A DNA stretch of 64,000 nt from Hypanus sabinus. Lineage: Eukaryota. The stretch covers positions 153,760,001-153,824,000 of the forward strand of contig NC_082709.1 of assembly GCF_030144855.1 (NCBI RefSeq). Direction: 5' to 3'. Numbering within the stretch: the first letter of the stretch is position 1; the number at the start of each line of letters is the position of its first letter. A program made the position numbers and the translations under genes. Shown piece by piece: positions 11,105 to 23,137 of this stretch. Below the pieces are notes generated by a model that saw nothing but the letters and a program-made list of their open reading frames with translations, made no database searches and had not been told where the DNA came from.

Positions 11105-13430
11105 AAAAAACTTCTTGCAAACGAGTTCGGCCCATCGAGTCTGCTCTGCCATTCCAACATGGCTGATTTATCATCCCTCACTCTGCTTCCTCAGCACTAC
11201 CCACCCTCTTCCCACCTATTTTTGTATCATCTGCAAATGTGGCCAAAATACTGTCAACTCTTTCATCCAAATCATTGGCATTAATGTGCAAAGAAACGCT
11301 CCTGAAACCGACCCCTGCAGAGCACCTCTGGTCACTGGCAAGCAACCAGACCTCTGGAACCTCTGGCATTCTCAGGCACACTGCTGGTGTTTTCCACAGT
11401 GAAGACGGATTCAAAATACTTATTAAGTTTGTCTGCCATTTATTAGTCCTTCATTAGTACATCTCCTGCATCATTTTCCAGCAGTCCAATAAAACGGTTT
11501 GGACCCTATTTGATGTTATTGGCTAGCTTATCTTCATATTTCATCCTTTCTCTCTTTATGGCTGTTTTTAGTTGCCTTCTGTTTGTTTTTAAAAGCTTCC
11601 AAACCTTCTATTGTCCCATTAATTTTTGCTATATTATATGTTGTCCTTGAATTCCTGTGTCAGCCACAGTTGCCTCATCCTTCCTTAAGAATACTTCATC
11701 TTTGGCATGCACCTTTCCTTCACCTTCTGAATTTCCCCCAGAAACACCGGCTATTGTTGCTCTGACATCATTCCTCTCAGCTCCTCTCACAAGACTCCGT
11801 AATTCCCTTTACACAACTGTAAGGCTCTTACATCCAATTTTAGCAATCTTCCTGCATATTGAGATCCCCCATGGCTAACATTGCTCTTATTACACATGTT
11901 TTCTATTTCCCTTTGAAATTTATACCCTACATCCTGGCCACTGTTAGGTGGGCTGTATATAACTTCCATTGGGGTATTCTTTACCCTTCCAGCTTTTAAC
12001 TACCCGCGAGGATTCTATATCTTCTGATCCTATGTCATCTCTTTCTAAGGATCTGATTTCAGTTTTTACCAACAGAGTCATCCCAACTCCTCTGCCTACC
12101 TGCCTATCCTTTCAATACAATGTGTATCCTTGGATGTTAAGTTCCCAACTATGATCTTTCAGCCATGACTTAGTGTTGCCTATAACATCATACCTGCGAA
12201 TCTCTAACTGCACCACAAGATTATCTACCTTATTCTGTGTACTGTGTGCATTCAAATATAACACCTTTAGTCCTGTATTCAACACCCTTCTCAATATTTC
12301 CCCCATGTTACATTTCAACTTAGCCCACTGACTGCAATTTTGCCCTGCCATCAGCTGTCCTTTCTCACTACACACTGCATCAACTTGTACGCCAACTGCC
12401 TCATCCTCAGCCCTATCACTCCAGTTTCCAGTCCCCTACCAGCTTAGTTTCAACCAGCCCCAACAGCTCTAGCAAGCCTGCTCACTAGGATATTGGTCCC
12501 CTTTGAGGTCAGGTTTAAATTGACACTTTTGTACAGGTACCTTTCCCAGGAGAGATCCCAATGACTCAAAAATCTGAAACCTGACCCTCTACACCACCTT
12601 CTCAGCCACTCATTCATCTGTACTGTCAGGAATTCCTGCTCTGACTAGCACATGGCACTGGGAGCAATCCAGAGATGACCGCTTAGGAGGTTCTGCTCTT
12701 CAGCCTCTTCTTATACTCACGGTACAGGACCTCGTCCCCCTTTCTACTGTGCCACTGGTGCCAATTTGCACCACCACCTCTGGCTGCTCAATCTTCTGCA
12801 GCTGCTCTGAGGAGGCAACACACCACCCGGGCAACCACAGAATCTGCCGTCCATCCCCCGAACTATCGAGCCACCCATCACTATCGCTCTGTCTGACTTT
12901 ACCCTTCCCTGCTGAGCCTCAGAGCTGGCCACAGTGCCATTGGTCTGCCTGCTCTGCTGTGCCGTGATAGGACTTCACCCCCCGCAATATCCAGAGGTGT
13001 ATACGTTGCTACAGGGCAACCCTGCACTGACTGATTACTTCCTTCACTTCTCCTGGTGTCACCCATCTGAAGCCTGCACTCTGGGTGTGACCACCTCAGT
13101 AAATGTCTCATCGATGAGGTTTTCAGCCTCCCAGATGGTCCTGAGTACACCCAGCTCCAGGAGGTTGAGAGCACTTCCTGCAGATGTAGTCATTAGGATG
13201 ACCACTAGGTACCCTGTCACAGGAGGAGCATTCTATTGCTTGAACTACCATCCTGCCTACAGAAGTTATATCTCTGACTTCTCAAGCTTAAGTTTTAACC
13301 TGCACCTGTTCTTGCCCAAGCCTGTTGAGCCAAAGCCTGACCACTCTAATACTGGTCCACTTAAACCTCACTTCTTTTTATTGGACCTCGCTAAGTTTCT
13401 ATTCACTCAAGCATTCTCCTCTTCTGTGGA
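11105..13430 (-). mobile_element. CR1 LINE retaining ORF1 (esterase-type) and the APE start, with large internal deletions
   Basis: DRAIVMGGSIVRGMDGRFCG (GDSIVRG-type SGNH esterase); LKVLYLNAHSTQNKVD...NIQGYTLY (endonuclease); TFADDTKIG; CR1 tail near 11105. Confidence 0.85.
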
Positions 13431-13778
13431 CATCCCAAAAGGCTCCGCTCATTTTTTTTCAAACTGACATGTAATGTACTCAAGAAACAGTCTTCATCTC
13501 ACTCCCAACAAGCCCTGCTCACTTTTCAAAACTGGTGTGTAAAGTCCATAAGAAACTGCCTCCAACTCACTCTGCGATCTCCCACTCTGCCAACTCAATA
13601 TCAAACATTCTAAATTCTTCATATGCAATACAAGGTATCTGTATGTTTATACTCTAAATTGGAAAATCAGGTTCGCTTTCACATGCTGGGCTTTATAAAT
13701 GTCAATTGATCTAGAAATGATTTAAGCATCCTTTAATTTCAAGATTTTGCCAAGTTTCAAAGCATTGGGAGTAATATT

Positions 13779-14110
13779 CACAAAATGCTGAAGGAACTTA
13801 GCAGGTCAGACAGCACCTATGGAAAGGAATAAGCAGTTGACATTTCAGGCTGAGACTCTTTATCAGGACTGGAAGGGAAGGGGGAAGAAGCCAGAATAAG
13901 AAGGGAGGAGGGAAGGAATATAAACTTAAAGGTGACAGATGAAGACAGGTGAATGGGGGGGGGGGGAGAAGTGCAAAGATGCAAGCTGATAGGTGTGAAA
14001 GGTAAAGGGCTGAAGAAGAAGGAATCAAATTGGAGAGGAGAGGGAAGAAAAAGGAGGGGCACTGGGAAGGTGACAGACTGTAAGCAGAAAAGAAAGCGGG
14101 GAGCCAGAGT
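13779..14110 (-). mobile_element. Penelope-like element terminal repeat fragment with decayed hammerhead motif (13834-13871)
   Basis: Minus strand CAGTC-CTGATAA-A-GAGTCTCAGCCT-GAAA-TG-TC-AACTG; same family as 17930-18350. Confidence 0.7.
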
Positions 14111-14554
14111 GAAGACCCTTCAATGCAGTAGGTGCTGCCTAGGATTTACCAACCAGAAAGTTCCTGCTTTTTTCTGTTATCTGTTTACAGTTGTTTTGTA
14201 TTGACTCACGAATCTACGTTCTTTCCATTTAGTGTTTTTGAGTGCACCCCCACACAAGCTACACACTGCACAGACGAAACTCAATAAACCTGGGGCTTCG
14301 TGATGGAACAAGATGTGAGAAGAAATGTATTTCAGTTTTCACTGCGATCTTCAGAAACTTGACTCCCAATGATAAAGAAAAATAATTTTAAGAAGTGCCC
14401 TGATGTAAAACTGGCAGTTGCTTTTAGTTAGATTGCATCAGTTATGGCTCATTTGGTAACGTTTTCATAGATATTACAGTCAAACCCTGGCAGTGATGCA
14501 GAGTTGGAGATGTCATTTATATGAGAGAAGTTATACAAAACCATTTAAGACTGA

Positions 14555-17500
14555 AGACCATAAGATATAGGAGCATAATTGGGTCACTTGGCCCCACATG
14601 TCTACACCACCATTCCATCGTGGCTGATTTATTATCCCACCCTGTCTCCTCCACATAATGTTTGACGCCTGACTTACAGAGAGCCTATCAACCTCTGCTT
14701 TAAATATATTCAGTAACCTGGCCTCCACAGCTGTCCGTGGAAATGCATCCCACACATTTACCGCCCTCTGGCTAAAGAAAGTTCTTCTCATCTCTTCATG
14801 GATGCACCTCTACTCTGAGACTCTGCCCTCCGTTCCTATGTACACACACCCTCTGGGCTTTCAATATTCAATCAATTTCAGTGCGATCCCCCCTCATTCT
14901 TCTAAACTCCAGCAAGTACAGAGCCACCAAATGCTCTTCATACATTAACCCTTTCATTACCAGAATCATTCTCATAAATTTCCTCCGGACTTTCTCCAAT
15001 GCCAGCACATCTTTTCCTAGGTGAAGGGCTCAGAACTGCTCACGATACTCCAAGTATAGTCTGACAAATGCCTTATAAAATCTCAGTGTCACACCTTTGC
15101 TCTTATGTTCTCATCCTCTCGAAATGAATGCTAACATTGCATTTGCCTGGCTTACCCCCAACTCAATCTGCAAGTTCGCCTTTAAAGATTCCTGCTCAAG
15201 GACTCCCGAGTCTTATTAGACTGCTGATTTTTGAATTTTCTCCCCATTTAGAAAATAGTCTGCCTTTATTCCTTCTACCATATTGCATGACCATACACTT
15301 CCCTACACCATATTCCATCTGCTACTTTGCAAATTCTCCCAACTGTCCATGTCCTTCTGCAGACACCCCACTTTCTCAACAATATTCGCCCCCTCCAACA
15401 ATCTTTGTACCATCTGCAAACTTGGCCACAGACCCATTAATTCCATCATCCAAATCATTGACATATAACATGAATAGAAGTGGTTCCAATACTCCCTGAT
15501 GAGAAATACCACTTATCACCAGCAGCCAACCAGAAAAGCCTCATACTCTTTGCCTCCTGCCAACCAGCCAATGTTCTATCAATGCTAGTACCTTTCCAGT
15601 AATACCATGGGTTCTTGTCTTGTTAAGCAACCGCAAGTGTGGCACATTGTCAAAGACTCTCCTTTGTCTGTCCTGCCTGTTATTTCCACAAATAATTTCA
15701 ACAGATTTGTTAGGTAAGATTTCCCCTTAAGGAAACCATGCTGACTTTGGCCTACTTTGTCATGTGCCGTCATGTAACTCGAAACTCCGTCCTTAACAGT
15801 TGACTCCAACATCTTCCCAACCATCTTTCTGTCTCCCTCCCTTCTTAAAGAGTGAAGTGACATTTGCAATTTTCCAGTCCTCAGGAACCATTCCAAAATC
15901 TAGTGATTCTTGAAACAGCACTACTAATGCCTCTGCAATCTCTTCAGCTACCTCATTCAGAACCCAAAGCTGCAATCTACCTGGTCCAAGTGACTTATCT
16001 ACCTCCAGACCTTAGTCTTCCCAAGCACCTTCTCTTTAGTAACGACATTTACTCCTGGCCCTTGGCACTCCTAAATTTCTGGCATACTGCTCTTGTCGTC
16101 CACGGTGAAGACAGATGCAAAGTACTTAGTAAGTTCATCCACACTGTGCTTTCCAATTGCTCTGAGAAGCTCCAGCCATTGCTTTTCTACCACTATCCTT
16201 GCTAGTCTCTCCTTCCAATCAATTTTGGCCAGTTGCTCTCTCATGCCTCTGTAATCCCTTTGCACATTGTAATATGGAATCATCTGACTTTATTTTCTCC
16301 CTTTCAAACTGCAGAGTAAATGAAGGTCACTGTCTTCTAAGGGTTCCTTTACCTTAAACTCCCTAATCTAATCTGGTTCATTATATCACGCCCAATCCAG
16401 TACTGCCTTTCTCCTAGTGGGCTCAGACACAAGCTGCTCTAAAAATCCATCTCATTGGCACTTTATAAATTGCTTGGCATCCAGCACCAACCTGATGGTT
16501 CCAATATATCTGCAATTTGAAATACCCCATGATGATTGTAACATTGCCTTTTTTACATGCCTTTTCTATTTCCTGTTGAGATTTTTATCCCACATCCTGG
16601 CTACTGTTCAGGACCTGTATCTAACTCCCATCAGGGTCTTTTCACCCTTGCAGTTTCTGAACTCTACGCACAGGGATTCTACACCTTCTAATCCTACAGT
16701 ATGTCACCTCTTTCTAATGATTTTGATTTCATTTTTTACCAACAGAGCAGCCCCACTCCCTCAGCCTTCCTGCTTGTCCTTTGATATAATGCATATCCTT
16801 GACTGTTAAGCTCCCAACTGTGATCTTCTTTCAGCTATATTTCAGTGATGCCCACATCATCAGTCTCTAACTATGCTACAAGACCATCTTATTCCCTGTA
16901 CATACTTACAAATATAACACGCCCAGTCCTGTATTCATCATCCTTTTTAATTTTGCTCCCATGTTACACTTCACCTCATCCCTTGACTGCAATTCTGCCC
17001 TGTCATCTGCCTGACCATCATCACAGTCTCACAACCCTCTGCATCAACTTGTATACCAACTGACCCATGCTTAGCCCTATCGTTCTGGTTCCCATCCCTG
17101 TACCACCTTAGTTTAAACCCTCCCCAATGGCTCTAGTAAACCTGCCACAAGGATATTGGTCCTCCTCGAGTTCAGGGATAACTTGTCCTTTTTGTACAGG
17201 TCATAGCTTCTCCAGAAAGATCCCAATGATCCACAAATCTGAAACCCTGCCCCCTGCACCAGTTCAGCCACTTATTCATCTGTACTATTATCCTATTCCT
17301 GCACTGACTAGCAGGTGACACTGGGAGCAATCCAGAGATTACTACCTTGAGGAACTTGTTCTTCAGCCTTTTCCTAACTCCCTACACTCACTGTGCAGGA
17401 CCTTCTACATTCTATCCCTGTCATTGGTGCCAATGTGCACCACGACTTCTGGCTGCTCACTCACGCCCTTGAGAATCTTCCGCAACCATTCTTAGACATA

Positions 17501-17830
17501 CAGGGCCTAGCACCAACGAGGCAACACACCGTCCCGGCTTCTCTTTCGGGGCCACAGAATCTCCCGTCCTCCCCCTAACTATTGAGTCTCCTCTCACCAT
17601 CATTCTGCCTGGCTTTACCCTTTCCTGCTGACCCTCAGAGCCAGCCAGAGTTCCACTGTCTGGTTACTGCTGATATGCCCTGATAGGTCATCCCCCTCAG
17701 CAGCATCCAACAGGGAATATTTGTTGTTGAGAGGAAAGCCACAGGGGATCCCTACACTAACTGATTACTTACTCACCCGTCCTGGTAGTCACCCATCTAC
17801 TATCTGAAGCCTACACCATAGGTGCCTCAA
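14555..17830 (-). mobile_element. CR1 LINE, long degenerate copy (ORF1 esterase, EN, RT, tail)
   Basis: GDSIVRG-like motif near 17570; PEDWKIANVT, QHGFLKGKSYLTNL, FFSQRAVNVWDAFP. Confidence 0.85.
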
Positions 17831-17929
17831 CCATAAACAACGTTGTTATTGTACTTATATTGTATGAATAAAGTATCGCCCAGCAAAGAGACAACGGCAG
17901 AGCAATGGCATTCAGTACCTACGGCCACC

Positions 17930-18350
17930 TACACAAAATGCGGGAGAAACTCGGCAGGTCAGGCAGCATCTATGGAGACGAATAGATAGTCGACGTTTCA
18001 GGCTGAGAATTTTCTTCAGGACAGAGAAGGAAGGGGGTAGATGTCATAATAAGGAAATGTGGGAAGGGAAGGAGGCTAGTTGGAAGGTGATAGGTGAAGT
18101 CAGGTGGGTGGGAAAGGTCAAGGGCTGGAAAAGAAGTAATCTGATAGGAGAGGAGGGTGGAAGGAGGGGACACGAGGGTAAGTAATAGGCGGGTGAGAAG
18201 AGATAAAAGGCCAGAGTGGGGATGGGCGGGGGGGGTGGGGGGAAGAATTTGCTTACAGGAAGGAGAAATTGAAATTCATGCCATCAAGTTGGATGCTACC
18301 CAGACAGTATATAAGGTGTTGCTCCTCCACCCTGAGGTGGGCCTCATCTA
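17930..18350 (-). mobile_element. Penelope-like element 3' end: GIY-YIG domain C-terminus + terminal repeat with hammerhead core
   Basis: Minus 18349-18253 reads DEAHLRVEEQHLIYCLGSIQLDGMNFNFSFL*, like the PLE C-terminal motif LEEQHLIFRLGxLQPxGxN. Followed at 18024-17986 by TGTC-CTGAAGA-A-...-GAAA-CG-TC-GACTA. Confidence 0.8.
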
Positions 18351-20173
18351 TTGTATTGTAGTTATGATCACGGACAATTTAGTAAACTTTGTTTCATGCT
18401 TTTCTTGAACTGAGCAATCTGTAATAGCTACAGAGATAATAGAAGGATTGTCCGTAGGACTCCTTCTACTCATTTTGCTGCAGCAAAGTGCGGCAGTGAC
18501 TCTGGAAAAACAACGTGAATCAGATTTCCACCACTTCTCTGCTGATGTCACGAGAGGTGCTGAAGCAATCAAAAAAACAGTGATTCAAACAAATGGTTAA
18601 AAATACCCTTTGTTTCTGTAATGTTTATGTAGGCTTCTCAAAAGAATGGGGTTATCATGGAAAATATCGTTCAGTAAAAACATTGCTGACTAATGCACTT
18701 AGAGAGCTTATCAATGTACATGCTCGATCAACGTGTCCCTCAAATTAAAATCCAGTGCGATTCTGTCGCTGACATTTTTAATAGATTGGTAATTTATTTA
18801 CATCATACTTTCAGAACATTTGGGAATTCAGATTCCTTGCAGCATGTTGCTCAATGCACTGCTGGAATAGCATAGAAAGGAACATGGCACTAAGTTATTA
18901 GACCATTTAATAGCCTTTTCATAATAGCGTGCAGGAATTTACTGCAACAAAAAAACTGTGTTTTACATTCACAATGTCTCAAAGCATATGAATAAATGAC
19001 CTTTGCAATCACTCTGTATGCCATAAGTTAGCACAAAATGTCACTCAGCCTGCAAACTGACAATTGACAAGTCAGAAAGCAGCACTGTCAGCAATAGCTG
19101 CTGCAGTCTACTTTGAATCTGGGTTTAGGCGGTTCTTGACCATATGTGTTCTGGTTCATGATTTGCTACTGTTACAATGTGTGTTGTCATGAAAATGCCA
19201 AAAATAGAGAGCTGGCCATTCAGAGGGTTTGGTCAATGTTCTGAATTGTCCACAGTGGTGATGCAGATTAAAACCAGGTAGGAAACTGGGTATTTGTGTT
19301 AAGTGATTTGTTCTGTAGTGATTCGTTCTCCATTCCTCCCAGCAGAAGGGCCGCAGTGGCTGTCATGAGGCAAATGTGGGGTATATAGATTTATAAGGTT
19401 GTTTGCTGCAGCAGACTAGAATTGTCATGGATTATCAAAGCCAGAACCTTGCAAACATGGGTGTGAAATTCACCTGTGACATTTTTCTGGCATTGGCAAT
19501 TTTCCCATCACTATTTCAACATTCTCCATAAAAGAAATTGCGAAAAGCAATTTCCTGTGACCGCTTTACTATGTTTCAGTTATATTAAAGGTCAGTTTCC
19601 TCATATTGTTTGCACCTTTGCCCACAGCAGTGCCCTCAGGAAGTAGCCCTTGCAAGCTCACGCCAGCTCTCTCCAGCCACTGAGGGATGAGTGTTTGCTG
19701 TAGTCCTGTGATTGGGTTAGTAACGTCCTGCTGGGAGAACTCAGGAATCTGCACGGTTTTCTCACAATGAATGCAGGAATTTCTGAGAATGAGGGAGACC
19801 TGATTTTCACCTTCTGAGCAATGTAGGTACTTGTCTTGGTCCCCAGGGTAAACCCGCAGCAGAAACAAAAAAGAAAGCGGTTACACTGATCTCAAAATCA
19901 TCGTCAGAATTGCGCAGACTCTCAGAAATTGAAATGGCCATCAATGTGAACTCTTAACTTTATTTCTCTCCATATTGCTGCCTGACCTGTGAAATTCAAC
20001 CTCACTCTAAGAAACCTTTCTTCAGGGTCCTTGCTGTCTATTTCTCCTCAGATATGACACTCCGTCGCTCACTGCAGCCTTGCAGGAGTTGGGAAACATT
20101 TTCCAGCCAAAATGGAGAACCTTTCAACCCATTCTGGCATTTACATTTACACCTGGAAGAGTTTTATTTGAAT

Positions 20174-20217
20174 AATATGGTTAATGGTGATTAATTCGAT
20201 CAAATAACGATACCACT
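20174..20217. repeat. Left arm of a 44-bp inverted repeat
   Basis: aatatggttaatggtgattaattcgatcaaataacgataccact; 38/44 identical to the reverse complement of 23094-23137. Confidence 0.8.
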
Positions 20218-20891
20218 AACAAAGGGAAGTGTGATATTTCAGATGTACAGTGTTTCCCGCAATGCAAAAAGTTTTTAGGTTTGTCACTAATCACTGGTGC
20301 CTAGGTTTGTGTGGAGGATGACGCACATCATATGGTAGAAGCTGAGTTGAGACTGGGCTCCAGGCAAATCACTGGCAGCACAAAAGGAGATCTACTCAGC
20401 AGCTATCCCTGTTGAACCTGATCCATACTTGAACTCCAGTGAAAACAACTTTGTTCTTCATTCTTCAGCATGTTTCCCTAATCCTGATTGGAAAAACAAC
20501 TTGCTCTTTTCAATCAAGATTCATTTTGATTTATTCGGTCGATCCAATCCAAAATATTAAGTTTTACACGACTTTGGTTACTCCACCACTGCCCTCCCAA
20601 GCACTAGTGTGGGTCTCTAAAACTAACCTTTCATCCCACCAGCTGAACTGCCAATAGTAACCTGCATCCCGATGTTATCTTTACATCTGACAAATGGCCC
20701 AGAGGGCTTTACGGAAAAGTTCAGTATGCAGTCATGTCAAAGTTTTAGTAAATAAGATGAGAAGCAGTAATGATTACTCTGCCTATCAGGTCACGTTTAT
20801 CATTATATTGTCACTGGTCTCATTTGGCTGCAGTGGGCATGAATGCAGGGGAATGAACCTTGCTGAATCTCAGTATTTTAACCAGATTTCA

Positions 20892-22291
20892 TAGAAACAT
20901 AGAAAATAGGTGCAGGAGTAGGCCATTCGGCCCTTCGAGCCTGCACCACCATTCAGTATGATCATGGCTGATCATCCAACTCAGAACCCTGTACCTGCTT
21001 TCTCTCCATACCCCCTGATCCTTTTAGCCACAAGGGCCATATCTAACTTCCTCTTAAATATAGCCAATGAACCAGCCTCAACTGTTTCCTGTGGCAGAGA
21101 ATTCCACAGATTCACCACTCTCTGTGTGAAGAAGCTTTTCCTCATCTCGGTCCTAAAAGGCTTCCCCTTTATCCTTAAACTGTGACCCCTCATTCTGGAC
21201 TTCCCCAACATCAGAAACAATCTTCCTGCATCTAGCCTGTCCAATCCCTTTAGAATTTTATACGTTTCAATAAGATCCCTATCAATCCCCATCCCAGGAA
21301 TCAATCTGGTGAACCTTCTTTGTACTCCCTCTTTGGCAAGAATGTCTTTCCTCCGATTAGGGGACCAAAACGGCACACAATATTCTAGGTGCGGTCTCAC
21401 CAAGGCCTTGTACAACTGCAGTAGAACCTCCCTGCTCCTGTACTCAAATCCTTTTGCTATGAATGCCAACATACCATTTGCCTTTTTCACTGCCTGCTGT
21501 ACCTGCATGCCCACCTTCAATGACTGGTGTACAATGACACCCAGGTCTCGTTGCACCTCCCTTTTTCCTAATCGGCCACCATTCAGATAATAATCTGTTT
21601 TCCTGTTCTTGCAACCAAGGTAGATAACCTCACATTTATCCACATTAAATTGCATCTGCCATGAATTTGCCCACTCACCTAACCTATCCAAGTCACCCTG
21701 CATCCTCTTAGCATCCTCCTCACAGCTAACACCACTGTCCAGCTTCGTGTCATCCGCAAACTTGGAGATGCTGCATTTAATTCCCTCGTCTAAATCATTA
21801 ATATATATTGTAAACAACTAGGGTCCCAGCACTGAGCCTTGCGGTACCCCACTAGTCACTGCCTGCCATTCTGAAAAGGTCCCATTTACTCCCACTCTTT
21901 GCTTCCTGTCTGCCAACCAATTCTCTATCCACATTAATACCATATCCCCAATACCTAATCTCCTGTGTGGGACCTTGTCAAAAGCCTTTTGAAAATCTAA
22001 ATATACCACATCCACTGGCTCTCCCCTATCCACTCTACTAGTTACATCTTCAAAAAGTTCTATAAGATTCGTCAGACATGATTTTCCTTTCACAAATCCA
22101 TGCTGACTTTGTCCGATGATTTCACCTCTTTCCAAATGTGCTGTTATCACATCTTTGATAACCGACTCTAGCATTTTCCCCACCACCGATGTCAGGCTAA
22201 CCGGTCTATAATTCCCCGGTTTTTCTCTTCCCTTTTTAATAAGTGGGGTTACATTAGCCACCCTCCAATCCTCAGGAACTAATCCAGAATC
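20892..22291 (-). mobile_element. CR1 LINE, 5'-truncated, best-preserved copy
   Basis: ORFs 21818-22261 and 20981-21817 are in frame with one stop between them: PGNYRPVSLTSVVGKMLE, QHGF, YLDFQKAFDKVPH, SGVPQGSVLGP, KFADDTK; tail (ttctatg). Confidence 0.95.
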
Positions 22292-22369
22292 CCACTGCTG
22301 GGCTAGGGTTATTACAGTACAAGGTGGTACAATTGTATTTTATCCAATATACTAGACACAATGTAACAG

Positions 22370-22565
22370 TTCTGAAAAAAAGGATAAACAGTCAATGTTT
22401 CTGACCAAAACCTTTCATCAGGTTTCATTGCCAGATGAAGGGTCTTGGCCCAAAATGTCGACTGTTTATTCCTTTCTATAGATGCTGCTTGGCCTGCTGA
22501 GTTCCTCCAGCATTTTGCAGGTGTTGCTCTGGATTTCCAGCATCTGCAGAATCTCTTGATTTTTA
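22370..22565. mobile_element. Penelope-derived fold-back repeat
   Basis: Two inverted copies of the hammerhead-bearing repeat meet at ctttcatcagg-tttcattg-ccagatgaagg. Confidence 0.7.
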
Positions 22566-23093
22566 ATGTTTTCACATTCTGCCTACGATTTCAAGGTCAA
22601 ATTGTCCAATATAGATTTAAATCTGAGATCACAGAATAGCATATTGGGAGAATATGATTAATCCTGAACTGCCACTTTGACCCACGCCCCCACCCAGCAG
22701 AGGTTTTTATCTATGAACTGTTCAATTGGGCTGCTAGAGTTGCACCCAACTGCTCTTTAATTGTTATGACATTTGTTGAAAATTCTCCTTATCTCCAATT
22801 ATTTTAAATCCAGCGCCAAACAGAGAACATTTCCTAATGCTTTGGAATATCTTTGTTTTCTCTCAAAAGAAAATAATCTGATAGTCACGATATTTTTCAT
22901 TCCTGAACTCCCTCCTGCCTAGTGCAGTCCTGACAAACCCTCTGTAATGACTCTAAGCCAGTCTCAATATGATTTCTACTATACGATGATTCTGTGGCCT
23001 TGCATTGGAGATGAATGGCAAATCAAGAACAGTTTAGCACAGTACGAGCTATTGTAGTCTAAAATGTTGTACTTGTAAGCACTTCTTGTTGAG

Positions 23094-23137
23094 AGTGGTA
23101 TCGGCGTTCGATCAAATTAATCACCATCAACCATATT
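23094..23137. repeat. Right arm of the 44-bp inverted repeat
   Basis: agtggtatcggcgttcgatcaaattaatcaccatcaaccatatt. Confidence 0.8.

Noticed and set aside
12934-13467. 177-aa plus-strand ORF
   Set aside because: Antisense shadow of CR1 ORF1/5' region
19569-19868. 99-codon minus ORF and nearby CAGGAAGT in GC-richer unique DNA
   Set aside because: No homology recognised, no usable splice sites, and no phase-1 leader exon on the + strand
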